Assembly (NCBI GenBank): GCA_036172245.1
Contig: JAYWIR010000018.1
Location: 372,001-436,000 of the forward strand
DNA length: 64,000 nt
Source of the DNA: Raillietiella orientalis
Lineage: Eukaryota
Direction: 5' to 3'
Shown here: positions 24,901 through 38,551 of the stretch, piece after piece
How positions within the stretch are numbered: position 1 is the stretch's first letter
Layout: the number at the start of each line of letters is the position of its first letter
The notes under the pieces: model-generated
Database searches by the model: none
Seen by the model: the letters and a program-made list of their open reading frames with translations, nothing else
Told to the model about the DNA's origin: nothing
Translations under genes and position numbers: made by a program

Positions 24901-27199
24901 CGGCAAAAGCAAAGCAAGCAAGCAGGGCCCGATCCGTTATCCTTGGAAGCTACGGCGTCGCGGCCAGGATAGAGACGAGCAATGGAGAAGGCTACAGCGT
25001 TTCCAGCTCGTTTTCAGACCACGGGAAAGAATACGACAGCGCAACAGCCGCACTTTGCCCTGCGGTCAGTTTTTGAGTGGCTATTCTTCCCATTTACGAG
25101 CTCTGCATCGAAATGTCGGTCGTCTGATTGTTTTAAAGTAACCCAACAGGGCATGTTTTTTTTTTTTAAAAAAAAAGAAGCTCCCGGACACGTTTCACTC
25201 CACGGTTGGAATCACTCTGCTTCACACTAAGGTTACGGTTTCCCTCAGCAGTGGATCAGACTTCATTTACATGCATCATTTTTCGTCCCGACTGCTGACG
25301 CGCATGCCCAGCGTATTCATCGCAGAAAGTTCCTGCAGGCTTTTCAAAGCATCCGCCCTCCCCCGCCAAACAATAACGGCTAAGAATTACCCAACACCGG
25401 GAAAAGACACTCCGAGCTACGTTTGGCAAGTAAAAGGAAATTGCTGAGATCTCGGTTACTACCCTACATTCGTCTCTGTTACCTTAGTAGCCTGCCAGCG
25501 GTGCAGAGATTCTGTGCCTTCTTTGCATTTCCACCACTTTCCTGTGAGCCGCAGTGCTGCCAAGTGATCTTTGCCCATCTGAAGCCTGGCGCGTTGTTAA
25601 TTACGGTTGATCAGAACCGGCTTGACAACAGGTCTTGGGGGCAGACCACCGGAATCTGCCCTCACCCTTTGAGGATCTGCTCGAATGCCATCAGGGGTCG
25701 TCCAGTGCCCAGGCTCGTATGGACGCGCGGACCAACCTTCACCCGTGATGACCCGCTGCTGCCGTTCGTTTCTGCTGTCGGCCATTTCCGTGTTTCGTTT
25801 CCCGCGAACCCCAGCAATCACCTGGTCCAGGATCTCCGAACTCGGTTAGCTGCCTCGCTCGAGAAGGACGAAAATTGCTCTTTGTGCTGCCTGCCTGTTT
25901 ATTTTCTTCTTCTTCTTCTTCTTCACGCATCAAAAAAAAAAAAAAAAAAAAGCAAAAACGAACGAGAAAAAGGGAAATCACGAGAGATGTGGCAATGAGT
26001 CGCGAGCAAGCGCAGTCAGCAGCCGTGATAGTTGCGATTCGATGAGGACTGCCTCTGCGCATTCCTGCACGGGGAGAAGCAAGGGTTGCTGGTCATCACG
26101 GACGTAAGGGATGCATTCGGAAGCAGTGACACGATGGACTGAATTGTTCGTGAGGGAACCGCCTCTGTTCCCTTCTTTCGATTCCCTGCAAGCCCGCTCA
26201 TACCGCGCATGCGTCTACTCCCGATCTCGGACTTCCGTTGCTCGTGATCACTTCGCTGTTTGCGCCGACAGAGCCGCTTTGCGGGTTGCCTTCCTAAATC
26301 CGAGGGTGTTCACAACTGTCACCATGCATGGCTACCTGAAAGATGAGAACTCCGAGGGCACGGCTGCACTCAGGATCCCGTGAATGAGACTGCCCGCGCG
26401 CTGACTTTGGAAGGAGGGGGGCGGGACCAGGGCAGTTGGCAGGGAAGCGAGAAGCGGATGCGACGGCGACGTTGCACAGCGAGTGGGAGTCCAGCGGTCG
26501 GAGATTCAGGAGGAAGAAGGTCTTTTCCCGACCGGAAGAAGGCCGATGAGGGGGGAGCAGGAAGGGTAGGAGGAGGAGTCCCGGAGTGTTCCGGATCTGA
26601 CCTTGCGCAGAGGTTCCACCGCGGCGGCGCCGAAGGCGGAGTATTCGAAGCAGGCCGCAGAGAGAGAGAGAGAGAGGAAGCTCTTCGCGTGCAGCTGGCA
26701 TCCTCGGAAGCCCGGAGAGAAATGGTTTCCCAGCACAGACGCGAATGCACGTCTCGCCTCCGGAGCCGGGTAAGCGATTCCGTCGGAGAGGTGGCCTTCC
26801 CTGAGGATGTCTGTAGGTGGAGGATCTGCGCGAAGCCGGGAAGGGCGTTCGCATCGCTGCCGCGCGGGGCAACGGCAGGGAGAAGAAGCTGTGATGCGAG
26901 GAAGGCGGGAGGAGTCGCCCCCGTCGCCACAAAAGTGACGAGGGCAACCGTGAGTCCTGCTGCAGGGTGTGGCCTGCTCATCGCTGCCGCCTTTCAGACA
27001 GGGCGCCTGTCACTCGAGTCGCGCTCCCAAAGGATTCAGGGAAAGGGATGCACCAGGAGCTGGACCCTGGCGCTCTGGATAGCGGGTGGGCGCTCGGAAA
27101 CGAAGTACTCCGCGTTCCACTCCGCCCCATGGTCCACGCGGGTAAAGGAGGATCCCGGGTTGTTCGGGACGTGTCGGCGGCGGTCTTCCAGCGGAAAAC

Positions 27200-28150
27200 G
27201 TGGACGCCCCTCTCCCTGAATTCCGGAAACAGCTTGAAGCTGCCGGGTTTTCTTGCCCAGAGACGGTACAAAGGAAGGTACTGGAAATAGGGCCTGGTTC
27301 TGCAGGCCGCCTCGGTCGCCTTCTCACCTGGGAACCTCCCTTGAGCGCTGCCTCCTTTCTGGTCCTTTCGCCTTCCCATCGGGGAAAGTGGTGCTTTCGA
27401 CCCATCGCTACTTGCAGCCTGCCGGCTCTCGCCCGCGTCCTCGCCATGCATGCATGGGCGGCGCCACGCTCGCTGCGTGACTTCAGCTCATGTGAAGACC
27501 GCCTGCGGTGCGTTGGGGCGGATCCCTCCTCCCCCTTTTCGAGGACCTGAAGAACGGAAAACGCGGAGGGGAGCGGGAGCGATGGATGGACCAGGGACTT
27601 TTGCGCTATGGGAGTGCTTGCCGTGAAGAAATTCCATAAGAACAGTTGCGTTTTGTCCTTCAGCTTCCGCGTCTCCATGGCGACAAGCCGGCAGTTTTCG
27701 AGCCGGCTGCTCCCCGCGCCTGGAAACAAGGAAGCGCTGCAAGGCAACGTGGGGCAGGAAGCTTCGATGCACTGTGGCCACTCTCGCGCCCGCGTGCTCT
27801 ACCAAATCCTCGCATTTTTTCGTTCCCTCCCGTCTCAGTGCCCGCAGCGGGGTATGTCGCCTGTGCCAATCGTCCAGCTACGAGAGAGAGGGACGCGGAT
27901 CGGCGTCCAGCGGTCTGCTCCACCGTGGACGGTCATTCCCGCACTCGTGGGAGGGGCACGAGGGACTTCGCCTCACCCAAAGGGTCCCCACCGTGCGATG
28001 GGCGTTCCGCTATCGTCCGTTCGGAGATTGAGGTCACCGCGCGACCATCTCGTCATCTGCGTGGAGATTCGCGCAACTTTCAGACGGGATTTACGAAGCA
28101 CCACATCGCAAAGCCGAGGTTTCGGTAAAGTCGATGGGATCCAAGGAGAG
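27200..28150 (+). mobile_element. Decayed non-LTR RT remnant
   Basis: GKWCFRPIATCSLPALARVLA (like FRPIxxxSxxxKxLxxIL), then DQGLLRYGSAC and SPKGSPP (like PQGSPL) in shifted frames. Confidence 0.35.
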
Positions 28151-30559
28151 GAGAAGGGTTGAGGCCCACAGGCGGGACACGGTGCCTCCCGCGGGTAAGG
28201 AAGGCTCCACATTCCTTGGGGCCGAACCCTTGGGAGCACGCACGAGCTCTCATGGAACCCACCCAAGGTCTACGTGGAAGAAAGAGGCGTTGGCGGAACT
28301 GCGGTCTCCGGAAGGGAGAGAACTCATTTCCATGCCATTTTTTCTTCTCCTCTCCCATCCTTCCTTAATACTGCGGGAAGCATCCGGGAAACCGGAGGTC
28401 ATTCCCTAAGATCAATGCCCTTCGTCTGGTCAAGCCGCGGCTGCACAAAGTTCGGCCCGAGACATGCGATCCTCGAAAAGACCGAGAGTCACCTCAGAGG
28501 CTTCCTCCACTTACGGAAGCAGAAAAATACACAAAAAGCACCGGCCACTGAGAGCCGACGCGGGACCTGCTGGACCACGGAAGCAGCCTTCAAGTATGCT
28601 CTCTAACCGCTTCGGGGTCCCCATGGGTGCGCTGGAACGTGGGTCAAGGTGGATGATGGCTCACTCCGGCGGCTCCTACTACGAGCTCCATTTCTGCCGC
28701 GAGCCGGAGTGCAGGCGGACGGACGGCTTCTAGGCAGGCGCTGAGCATACCCCAGGCAGGGTCGCATCCCTCCTTAAGCATTCCGTGGAAACAACGAGCA
28801 TCCGAATGGGAGAGGCCAGAGAACGGCTCCCATCGCGGAACCGTACTCGGATAGGCGGATAGGGGACGCTTCCCATTCATTACGGGACCGGGGACCAAGG
28901 GAGGCGCCACAGGGAAATGGGAACTCCGTTTTCACCTGCCCGCGCTGAGACGCGCGCTCGATGCAGCGGCGCTCCGTAAACAAGCAAACCTCTGCTCCAG
29001 AACGACGTATCATAAAGCCACGTCGTTCTGGAGCGAAAGGGACGCGGGGGAAGTCTCCATCCCTCTGGAGGTCGCTCTCTCGCGAAAGGCACCTGTGGAC
29101 ATGGAGACAGGCTAGGATGCGAACAGACGTGCACAGATGCCTCCAAGAGCGCAAGCAGCTCAGCAGCAAAGAAGCTCGGGGCGCGCGCACACCTGGACAC
29201 ACCTGCAGACGGGTGCACGCTTACACCTCCGCTGGCACGTCTGACCACAGTGCACTGAACTGCTGCCGAATAAGGAGAAATGAGGCAGACGCGCAGCTCT
29301 CATTGCGAACCTTCTGCAACCCAAGTCGGTCGGTGAAATCTGTGTGGAGTTGAAGCTCTCCAGGACGCCATCACGGAATGTCGGGAGAGAATGACGCTTT
29401 TTCTCTTCTGAAACTCAACTGCTCCTTCCTTTGGTTGCGACTGGTGCACCAGTCGGCACTTGGTAAGCGTATCTCACGCTCGGTCGCTTCAAACTTTCTC
29501 CCACCCCTTGCCACCTAGTGCGAGTGCAACAATCTCTCCCAGGGGAGCAAAAACATCCCAAGTGCTTCACAAGGGCGTGGAAATGACGTACTGCATCCAA
29601 GTGATGCGCACTGGCTTGGAGGTCCCACTCCTCTTCGGCATTCGCTATTCCGAAGAACTCCGTCGGAGGCACCTTGCCGAGGTATCATGACAGTTGTCCG
29701 CGTTTGAAAGACTAAGGTGGCTTGCTGTGTGAGACACGCTCCAAGTCCGACGCACGGTGCGTTGGTGGTGGAATAGAAGCACCAGATGGAAAAAAAAAAA
29801 AAAAAAAAAAAAAAAAAACGTTCGGTGCTGCTGGACAAGGACCCTTGGAGGATTCCGGGTTCGGTTTCTCAAGACCCGCTCCAGAGCAAGGTAACAGAGG
29901 GTACTTTTCGAAGCACACTACTGGCGCAGAGAAGACTACTGCTGTTATTACTGCCAAATGCCGACAGGTATGATTCACCATGAAATGAGCACCGGAAACA
30001 GGGGCGGCAAGACCAACTACGATATACTCGGTGACTATCCAGGAAAATGGATTCCTCGATTTACCAAAAAAGGAAACAAAAACAGAATGCAATAACAAAA
30101 CCAGTTTGTATATAAAACACTTCACAATATTATATTTTAATACAATAAAAATATGCTCATTCCTCGATAAATTTTAATTAAGTATTTGATGCAATAAAAT
30201 AGAATCCATAATGTCTACATTATCTCTGTGAAAGATATATGTATCTATCCGCAGGTAATAGTCTCTCAATATGTCCAAATACTGTTGGGAAGGGTTGGGA
30301 AAGTTCGATGCATACGTTTCTGCCAAATAGATATAGTAAAAGTATAGATTATCATTTCCATATAAAAACTGTACTCAATTGACTGATGAAAACGGGCAGT
30401 TTGATCCCGCTACGCATCAGCTCTCGGGAAGATTCTGCAAAGCAATATAGTTATTTAATGTAGAGTTTCCCAAAGCTCTCTTACAATTTCTTAAAAGAGT
30501 TTCCTGATTAGCACTCTAATCTTCTAAGTCCTTGTCTAAAATATCTGTTATGTGTGTGC

Positions 30560-33500
30560 TTACATCTTGTGGAGATGCAAATTGCGACTAAGCACTGATC
30601 TCACATCTTGGGTAAACCGGAGTGCATCCAGCACAGGAAGTAAATTTAAAAGTGCAGTATCTCTAGGGTCATTGGTCCAAGTTTTGATTGGGATCGCGTT
30701 GTCTGCAAAAAAAAAAAAAAACGAAAAAATCACACCGCACACCCAAGCAATCCAACTGCAAGCAGTTGGGAGCCGCCTCTGGGAGGGACGCTGCCAATTC
30801 TTGAAAACCACCAGAATGCGGTATTCTAAACCAAAAACACACCACAGCGACACGATTTCGTTCTATGACTTGGGGGCAGCATTCCTCACGGGATAGAAAT
30901 TTCTTGAGACAAAAGCTTGTCGATCGCCACGGACACCACAAGGAGCCGCCGCACCACTTGTCAGTCACGGAGAGAGCTCGTGTACGAAGAGCACGCGGAG
31001 GACTTGCGCTGTCCACAGAGAAAACACCGAGAGCATTTGACAGCTTGAAGATTGAAAACCACTTGCGTATTACACCTCATGATGAGAGAAATGCGAGCAA
31101 CAGAAGGAGGAAACAGAGCACTGCTGAGCTCCTCAGCCAGTTGCTAGAGAACCTTGTTTTCCCGGCTTTGCTTTTCCACACGAACCATTTGCAAGGAGGT
31201 TGTCCTCTGTGGGTATCCCCAAGCTGCGCCCTGGACTATTTGAAGGGCTCTGCTTTCAAAACAAAGCAAACTCGAGGAGTAGAATAACGGTCTCGGTGCC
31301 GGATCGGTGACGAATCTGTGCAATAACACGACACGACCGCCATTTTCAAAAATGGGTAGAGCACCAAACACACTCAAGAGTCTAAACTTGTACTGCTCGG
31401 TCCCTCGCACTTCGTGGCTCTGGAACTTCTTGTTTTGTGCCAGCAAGAGTCCGTCTTCGTTCATATAAATTTCGTAACACTGCCCCGCAGCATCACATCG
31501 TTGCACCACAACTGCGCAGGTGGAAACAAATACAGCTATAGCATCCGCAGAACAACTATTACTCCGTCTTGCTCTCCTGTACTTCCTCTATGCCCCTAAT
31601 CAAGTTAAAAATGCTGTTACTGTTGCTTCTCTTTGGAAAAGCTGAAGAGAGTCACAACAATCACACAGTCAACTGAACACATAATGTTCCACACAGCATG
31701 AACAACAAAAATTATAGCCACACCACTTCACTGCTGATTCTGATGCACTTGCGATTTCCATGTTTTCTTTCCAACTAGCTAAGAGCCTCCCCAAAACTTC
31801 ACCCCCGGTGCCTACAAAGCATCAGTCGCTTGGATGCAATTAATTTGATCACCTACCTCAAGAGGACCTTTATGCTTTCTCAAACGTCCCCTTTGGGGAA
31901 TTTCGATTGCTAACACAGAACATGTAAAGTCGGCGTGTAAATGACACGACATTCTCCAACATGGAAAATCATCGGGAAATATCGATATAAACTAAGACGG
32001 AACATTCCACCACTTTCCAATGCAATGCCTCGTGTTGGCAGTTTGGAATAAACAATTACAATCCCCAAACATTTACATCAATGTGTCAGAACAGGCCTCT
32101 TGTTAAAGCAAGCTGGAGAATAAAGCTACTAAATACGAATCACATAAGTGCTAGCAGGGAGTAATGATGACTGTAAATAGGGACAAAAGGATTCACTGAA
32201 GTCATTGCACATGATAGATGCAATGACTTCAAACCAACATGAAAACAAGATGACCATTGCATGTGCATCATCATCATCAACTGATGACCATCGACAATAC
32301 CAACCCCAAACTAACTGACAACTTTTGGAAATTTTACTAAAAATATCAAACTTCCAAGTTGACTAGAAAGGAACAACAACAAAAAAAGGGCTACTGCAGG
32401 TTCTCTCCAGAACATTTTTCTCTTCAAAAACAGGCATTTTGTTTGCAGTCGAACTGATGACATTATTATGCTTTTACACCTTCACATGTTTTTTTTAATC
32501 TACAAATCATCAAACACCACATGACATTGCAAAATTTTTGGATGAATCACCTTACATGGAAAAAAAGAAAACACAGGTGAGTAATAAAACTCCATCCAAT
32601 GAGCTCAATTTCTCATCAGTTACAAACCGATAACTGACCAACTCCTTAGAGAATTTGAATGAATTGCAAACAACCTACCTTTGTAAGAACGGTATGCCAC
32701 TGGTGAATTGTCCAAGATAAAGATACTAGACAAATCATTTGAAATATTGGACAGATCCTTGGTATAACTTCCATAATCAAATGTGCAATGCTGACGATAA
32801 TACCTTCGGTTGAGAATACCACGATTGTTATCCAATTTATCTGAAACTGCTGCACCATAAATTTCCATACTGGCAGTGAAAACAACTAATTCATACCAGT
32901 GTGAAACCTATAGTTCAGAAAAAAATGAAGCAAAAATTAGTGCAGAAATACACGAAACAAAAACATACAATATCAAGAAACAAATCTACATGAGGCCTCT
33001 TGTGAACAAAGAACCTCACAGGGTGGCAGTCAATTGTAACCTTCAATGTAAAATCTGGTGGTGTTCCTGGTCTCACTGATTGTCGTATGACACCATCATG
33101 ACATGAGTGGATCAAGGTTTCATCCAGATCCAGGACCATCACTTTCTTCTTAACAATACCTGGAACCCACGCACTTTTTTTTACAATTCAGTCTGCGTCA
33201 TTAATTTCAAAGACTGCATGTCATTCTGTTAAACACGGTCCAGCAAAAAAAACAACATACAAAATCAACAGGTTTTTAGTTTTCTGCATTCACAATTATC
33301 TCCTTTTCCCTCAGTCATTTGACCCCAGGAAAAGTTATTGTGGTAGTTCAGTTTTTGCCTTACTAGAATTACAAATAAAAGCATACCTTGTGTGGAAATA
33401 AAAACACCTGCTAAGCACGAATTAATCCTAATCAGTCGACACTGGATTACCTACATGAAATGCAATGGATCATAAAGATATTTGCTTACTGAATGAACTC

Positions 33501-36500
33501 TTATTAGTGAGATCCCACAGAAGCAAAAATTATCTAAGTGAAAAAAACTAAGGAACAAATACAAAAAATTAGCACGAATTCATCATCTTTATAAACCTAC
33601 ACAGTTTTGGACAAGGAACAAATAAATCTGTTTTAAAAGCTCCAATTCAAAATCCACAAGAATCTTAAAAAATTTGGAAGTTTTCTGTAATCGCAATACA
33701 AATCTCCAGGCTGCAGATACTAAATAGCTGAATTTGGCGAATATTTGATACTTTTTAGGAAAACAGATGAAAGGTCTCTTCGATAATAGGGATTTCCTTG
33801 AACCTTCTTTGACTGCATTTTTCATAACTTTCTTGAAATACAAGACATTTCCGTTTTTGCTCCTAATCTAATTGTAACACTAACTACAATATTTACCCTC
33901 CAACAACACAACTGAATATTATTCTCATTGCTGATGATTTAAGAATCTGTTACAAAATGGAATTACGAAAACAAAAAAAAACTACAGCAGTCACTTTTGA
34001 AAAGACTAAAAATGTTTTCTCATCTGGTAGAATTCTTTGGCCCGTTTTTCTCTGGAAACTATACATGGTCATCTATAATGTCTTTTCTTTAGTAAACAGA
34101 GAATAGATCAACAAACATTTGCGGCATTAATGAGGGGCATGGGTTACAAATGACAATGAATCTGGTATTTTCCTGGAAGACAAACTGAAAAAGTGACAAG
34201 GCAAAAACAGAAATTCAAATATCTTGGTAAGAAAACATGGTGGACAGCAAAGCTCTATCAAAGACATATGACTTTACAGCTATTTAAAATAACCTAAATC
34301 TTCGTAAGTTCCTGACGTAATAATTGCAACAGATTCCAAGTAGCACTGTTTTCTGATTTTTGGTAGACCATCACTCGTAATGCATAAAATATTAAAATGA
34401 TTGAATACGATGATCACAAAAGCACAGCAGATCACATGAACCATATGTTTGGAAACCACCCTTACAGGTTAACATTAGACAGACATAATAAAACTGATAT
34501 CGAATAAAAGTTATGCACATCTAATTATCAAATGTTAGCGCACAAAACTGAGAAGTTGAATGAACAAAAGACATAATAACACCATACACATAATTAGGAA
34601 GAAATTCAAAATAAACACAAAATTAAAAATAAAACGAATAAGATAATTTCGCACAAAACAAATGTAAAGATTTCTGATTTTCAATTAACATGTCAAGACT
34701 GGTATTACACAACATCACAAAAAAGAATTAGAGTAAACAATGTGTTCCATTAGTACCCTGAAATCGAAATTATTTTTTAAGGAACACATGTATTGCAGCA
34801 GGGAATTGAAAAACTTTATTATTGTCCAATGTTCAAACCCAATCTGAATGCTTCTGTTGCTTTCTGAGGAAACAACCTCCCAGAGTCACATAAGTTAAAG
34901 GATCATTGGTTCCACTTTCATCCATTCTAGCAATAGGCACTAATTAATTGTCGCAAATAATTCGATCTATGACGAACAAACTGTTTCTGGTATCAAATGA
35001 TCATAACAGAGTATGTTTCTTAAATATACAGCCATGAAATCAACCTTACATTGGTTTTGTACAAAATGTGATTGAATGAAAAATTAACAGAAAAGCAATA
35101 ATACATTATGACAGCATTCTGGTGTAAAAGTAAATCTGATTTGGACTTGGAAATCAAAATTTGGTAGAAGAAAAATTTCTGATTGCACATACATGTTTTT
35201 GGATGCTACTTCTAAATTTTTAAAGGATGTGGACACATTTTGGAATGAGCAGTGCTGTATGTGGAAAAGCAAAAACATCCACAATTCGTATATGTTTTCC
35301 TTCATTGATCATGTGAAGACAAATGGATACAGACACATGATAGGTCATCACAAAGATGCTGCATGAAAATTTATACCTTTTTTCATACAATCATTTCTGA
35401 AACTAAATTCTTCATGAAATTATGGAACCTTCAAATCTTTTAATTTTGTACTAACAAGTGTTCAACTCAGAAGTGCCTCTATCCTCAAATGTAATTGTAT
35501 GATTATAATGAGTTATAAAAGCAATCAGTTATTACTGCATCTTGAGACTTGACTCAGTTGGAACTAAAGAGGATAAAACTTCCAAGATATAAACAAACCA
35601 AACTAATGAAATATAAATTTATGAAAATGATTTGGTATAGATATTAAGAAAAAGCCAGTAAATCTTTTTGCACACTTGTTTTTGTAAAGTGAGAAACCCA
35701 GACATGAGCACTTATTTCAACTGTACTTTGCTAAAATAAATGGTAACTCAAACAGACCTTCATAAATAAAACAGACTAATAAAAAGATTGCTTAGTCATG
35801 TACTGGGGTGAACAAATAGAAAAGAGAGTACCAGGATTCAACTAATCTTGAGAAAAGATGTGTGCACTACAAAATAAACAATCAGAATCTTTGCATAGAC
35901 CCATTTCAAACATAAGTTCAAAGGTCAAATCATTCCTCAATGTCAGAATGCAGAAATGTGATTGGTCCTTGAATAGTAAAGTTCTTATAACTTTAATAAA
36001 GCAGTTTTGTAGCACCCAATCATAATAGCACTGTCGCAACGAAAATTGAGAAAATTAACAAATGTAATGGTTGATAAAATCAAAATGTAATAAGTGAAAG
36101 GGAAAACAGGCAACATCCAATCTCCTCAACTAGCATCTCTTCTTAAGTCATCTTTAAGGTGAGAAGACATTTTTTTGCTGTTGAACATGAAATTAATGCA
36201 TGCATAGATACTACAATTCCACAAAGAAAAATTTCATGATCCTCACACATGAAAAATTTTCATAATTTTCATAAAATCTTCAATAACACAACTTATGCTG
36301 CCATGAAGTTTGAACTGCATTCCTGCAAGATGTAACTACTGTAACTACCCATCATCAACATACCCGTTTTGACTTTGTTCAAACATGTAACTACTCTTGA
36401 AAACAAACCAAAAGCTATATCTACAAGTAATCAGCTGTATTGTTTGCAATAGATTTACATCACACATGTACATGCAAAAATTAGGGAAACATAAAGGAAG

Positions 36501-37200
36501 CATACACCAAGAAGGCTGAAAAATCATTGAACCTCTCAATTGGTAAAATAAGTTGTCATATGCTTCCAAAATAAAAACAAATCCAAAGTATTTCACAAAT
36601 ATACCAGATTCACAAGCACACAGAAACTTGAAACCAATAAAATTACTAAACACAAGATGAATGGCATTGGGTTTACATGGTGATGCAATACACATCTTTA
36701 TGATGCAACTTAAGTAGCACTGTTAAAAAAATATACATATATATAACATACTGTTTGCCACCGTGAAGTTCAAAAAAATTACATCCATTAAAACACAAAA
36801 ATCTTCAGATGCATAATTATGAAAATTAAAGAAACAAGTCTCAAAATCACTTTTCTGTGAATTCAAATAATTATCCACTGTTTGGGTTAAAAAGAAATTT
36901 GGTTAATTTCCTTCTTTAAAGGCATTCAATCAGATTACTTGTATGTTACAGATCCCCTACAAAAACACAGGTAAACAAAAAATCACTTACTTAATCTGTG
37001 AAGTGACAAAGGTGACAACGGAAGGAGATCATATGTCACTGTTTGATGCTGAATTATCTGCAAGATCTTAAATCAACTTTATAAACCTGTTACAAACTTA
37101 CTAATCGTTTCTGCTTCCGAAGGACAAAACAAACAAAATTCCAAACTTTTGTAGCAAGACACAAAAAATTTCTGAGACCTACTTTCAGCTGTTTTAGCAT
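30560..37200 (-). CDS. CTDNEP1: CTD nuclear envelope phosphatase 1 (Dullard/Nem1; HAD-family FCP/SCP phosphatase), 5 coding exons, 242 aa
   Basis: Exons 37102-37200, 36991-37057, 32969-33159, 32679-32907 and 30560-30702 splice in phase (729 nt): [22 protein letters not shown]...[63 protein letters not shown]...FVHKRPHVD...[15 protein letters not shown]...[22 protein letters not shown]...[23 protein letters not shown]. The catalytic DLDET motif is intact and all introns are GT-AG. Confidence 0.97.
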
Positions 37201-38517
37201 ATGCAGCTTTGTTGCTTTACCCATATGTCAATTTTCATGTTGGCTTCTACACTTATAAGTATTACAAAAATTCTGTATATACATGATGACTCCTACATCA
37301 TCCCATAATAATCTAAAAATTATACACATGAATATATGGATCAATTATATGCATGCCAGATATGTGTTTCAACAGGATTACATTTAGAAATTATGATCTA
37401 AGAAATCTGATTTATAGTCCTATCCTTCTTGAATGAAATCAATCTATTTTTAATGATTGAAAATCACTGAGAATCCGGCGATTGTACATATCAACTGTCA
37501 ACCATTTCAATCAGTACGTGGACACATGCACGAGACATAATTTGACTACTGGTATGTTCTGTTGAACGTTAACCAACCAATATTAGGATGTAGGCATTTA
37601 TTTTTAAGCATTTCACGTATGTGTGCACGTTGAAATAATTCATTTGATGGATAAAGTGAACTTTGACGTTTTCGATGAATAAGCAAATAAGAAATGGGGA
37701 TTCGTAAGAACAGATATTTCTAGTAAGCAAGGGCCCGCTTTGAAAACTGCTAGGGGATGTGTGGTCACAGCAGTGGTAAACTGAAAGATTATCGGTTTTC
37801 CCGAATGAGAAGAATTCGAGCACTTTAATGCAACATAAAACATAATAGTGCCAATGTTTTTCTGGCACTTAAGCAACCAAGTTTGTCGGACAAGATCGCT
37901 CAAATTACTGTTTTAACAATGGCATTATATGTTAAGGAAATTCTTTACCTCTTTTTCATTCATCGTACTGTTACCGTAAAACTAGGTCTTCAAAAGTTTT
38001 GCACTTTCATGTGCATGTTTGTCTCACAGTAAGAAAAACTTCCTTTTCAATTGTAAACTTTTAAATTTACTCTGTATGCGTGTACTCACAATATTAAACA
38101 TTCCTCACCAACACCAAATAACACACGTGGGTCTACTTGGCACGAATTTATCCGTTTTAACGATAAGCATATTCTGCAAGACCACACTGATATTTCTTCT
38201 GTTTCCTCTTTTTTGTTTCTGTTTGTTTCCCCCTGCTCACGGCAGGAGTGGAGGAAGTTTACTGCACAGGAGTGTGGCCTGAACTTGAATATTGCACCTT
38301 CTACTTGTGCGTAAGTGCGTAATTAACGAATTAACCGAGGAGGAGGAAACTTGGCATCTGTACATTATGTCTATCTATCTCTATATACATATGTTGAAAA
38401 AAAAAAAAAAAGGGCAGTATTTTTTTTTTTTTAAAAAAAAGGTGCTTGCACAGTAAACGTCGTATTCTGAATACCTTCAAAGATGCACTAATGAATTGTT
38501 TAAATGCATTGGCATGT

Positions 38518-38518
<1 letters not shown>

Positions 38519-38548
<30 letters not shown>
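38519..38548 (+). repeat. (CA)15 microsatellite upstream of CTDNEP1
   Basis: Read directly. Confidence 0.9.

Positions 38549-38551
<3 letters not shown>

Noticed and set aside
22582..26981. Many overlapping 100-280 aa ORFs on both strands
   Set aside because: No recognisable domains or consistent splice structure. Expected in high-GC DNA.
30703..36990. Intronic box C/D snoRNAs in CTDNEP1 introns
   Set aside because: The ATGATGA matches I checked on the sense strand lack a suitably spaced CTGA with a terminal stem. A covariance-model search would be needed to exclude them.
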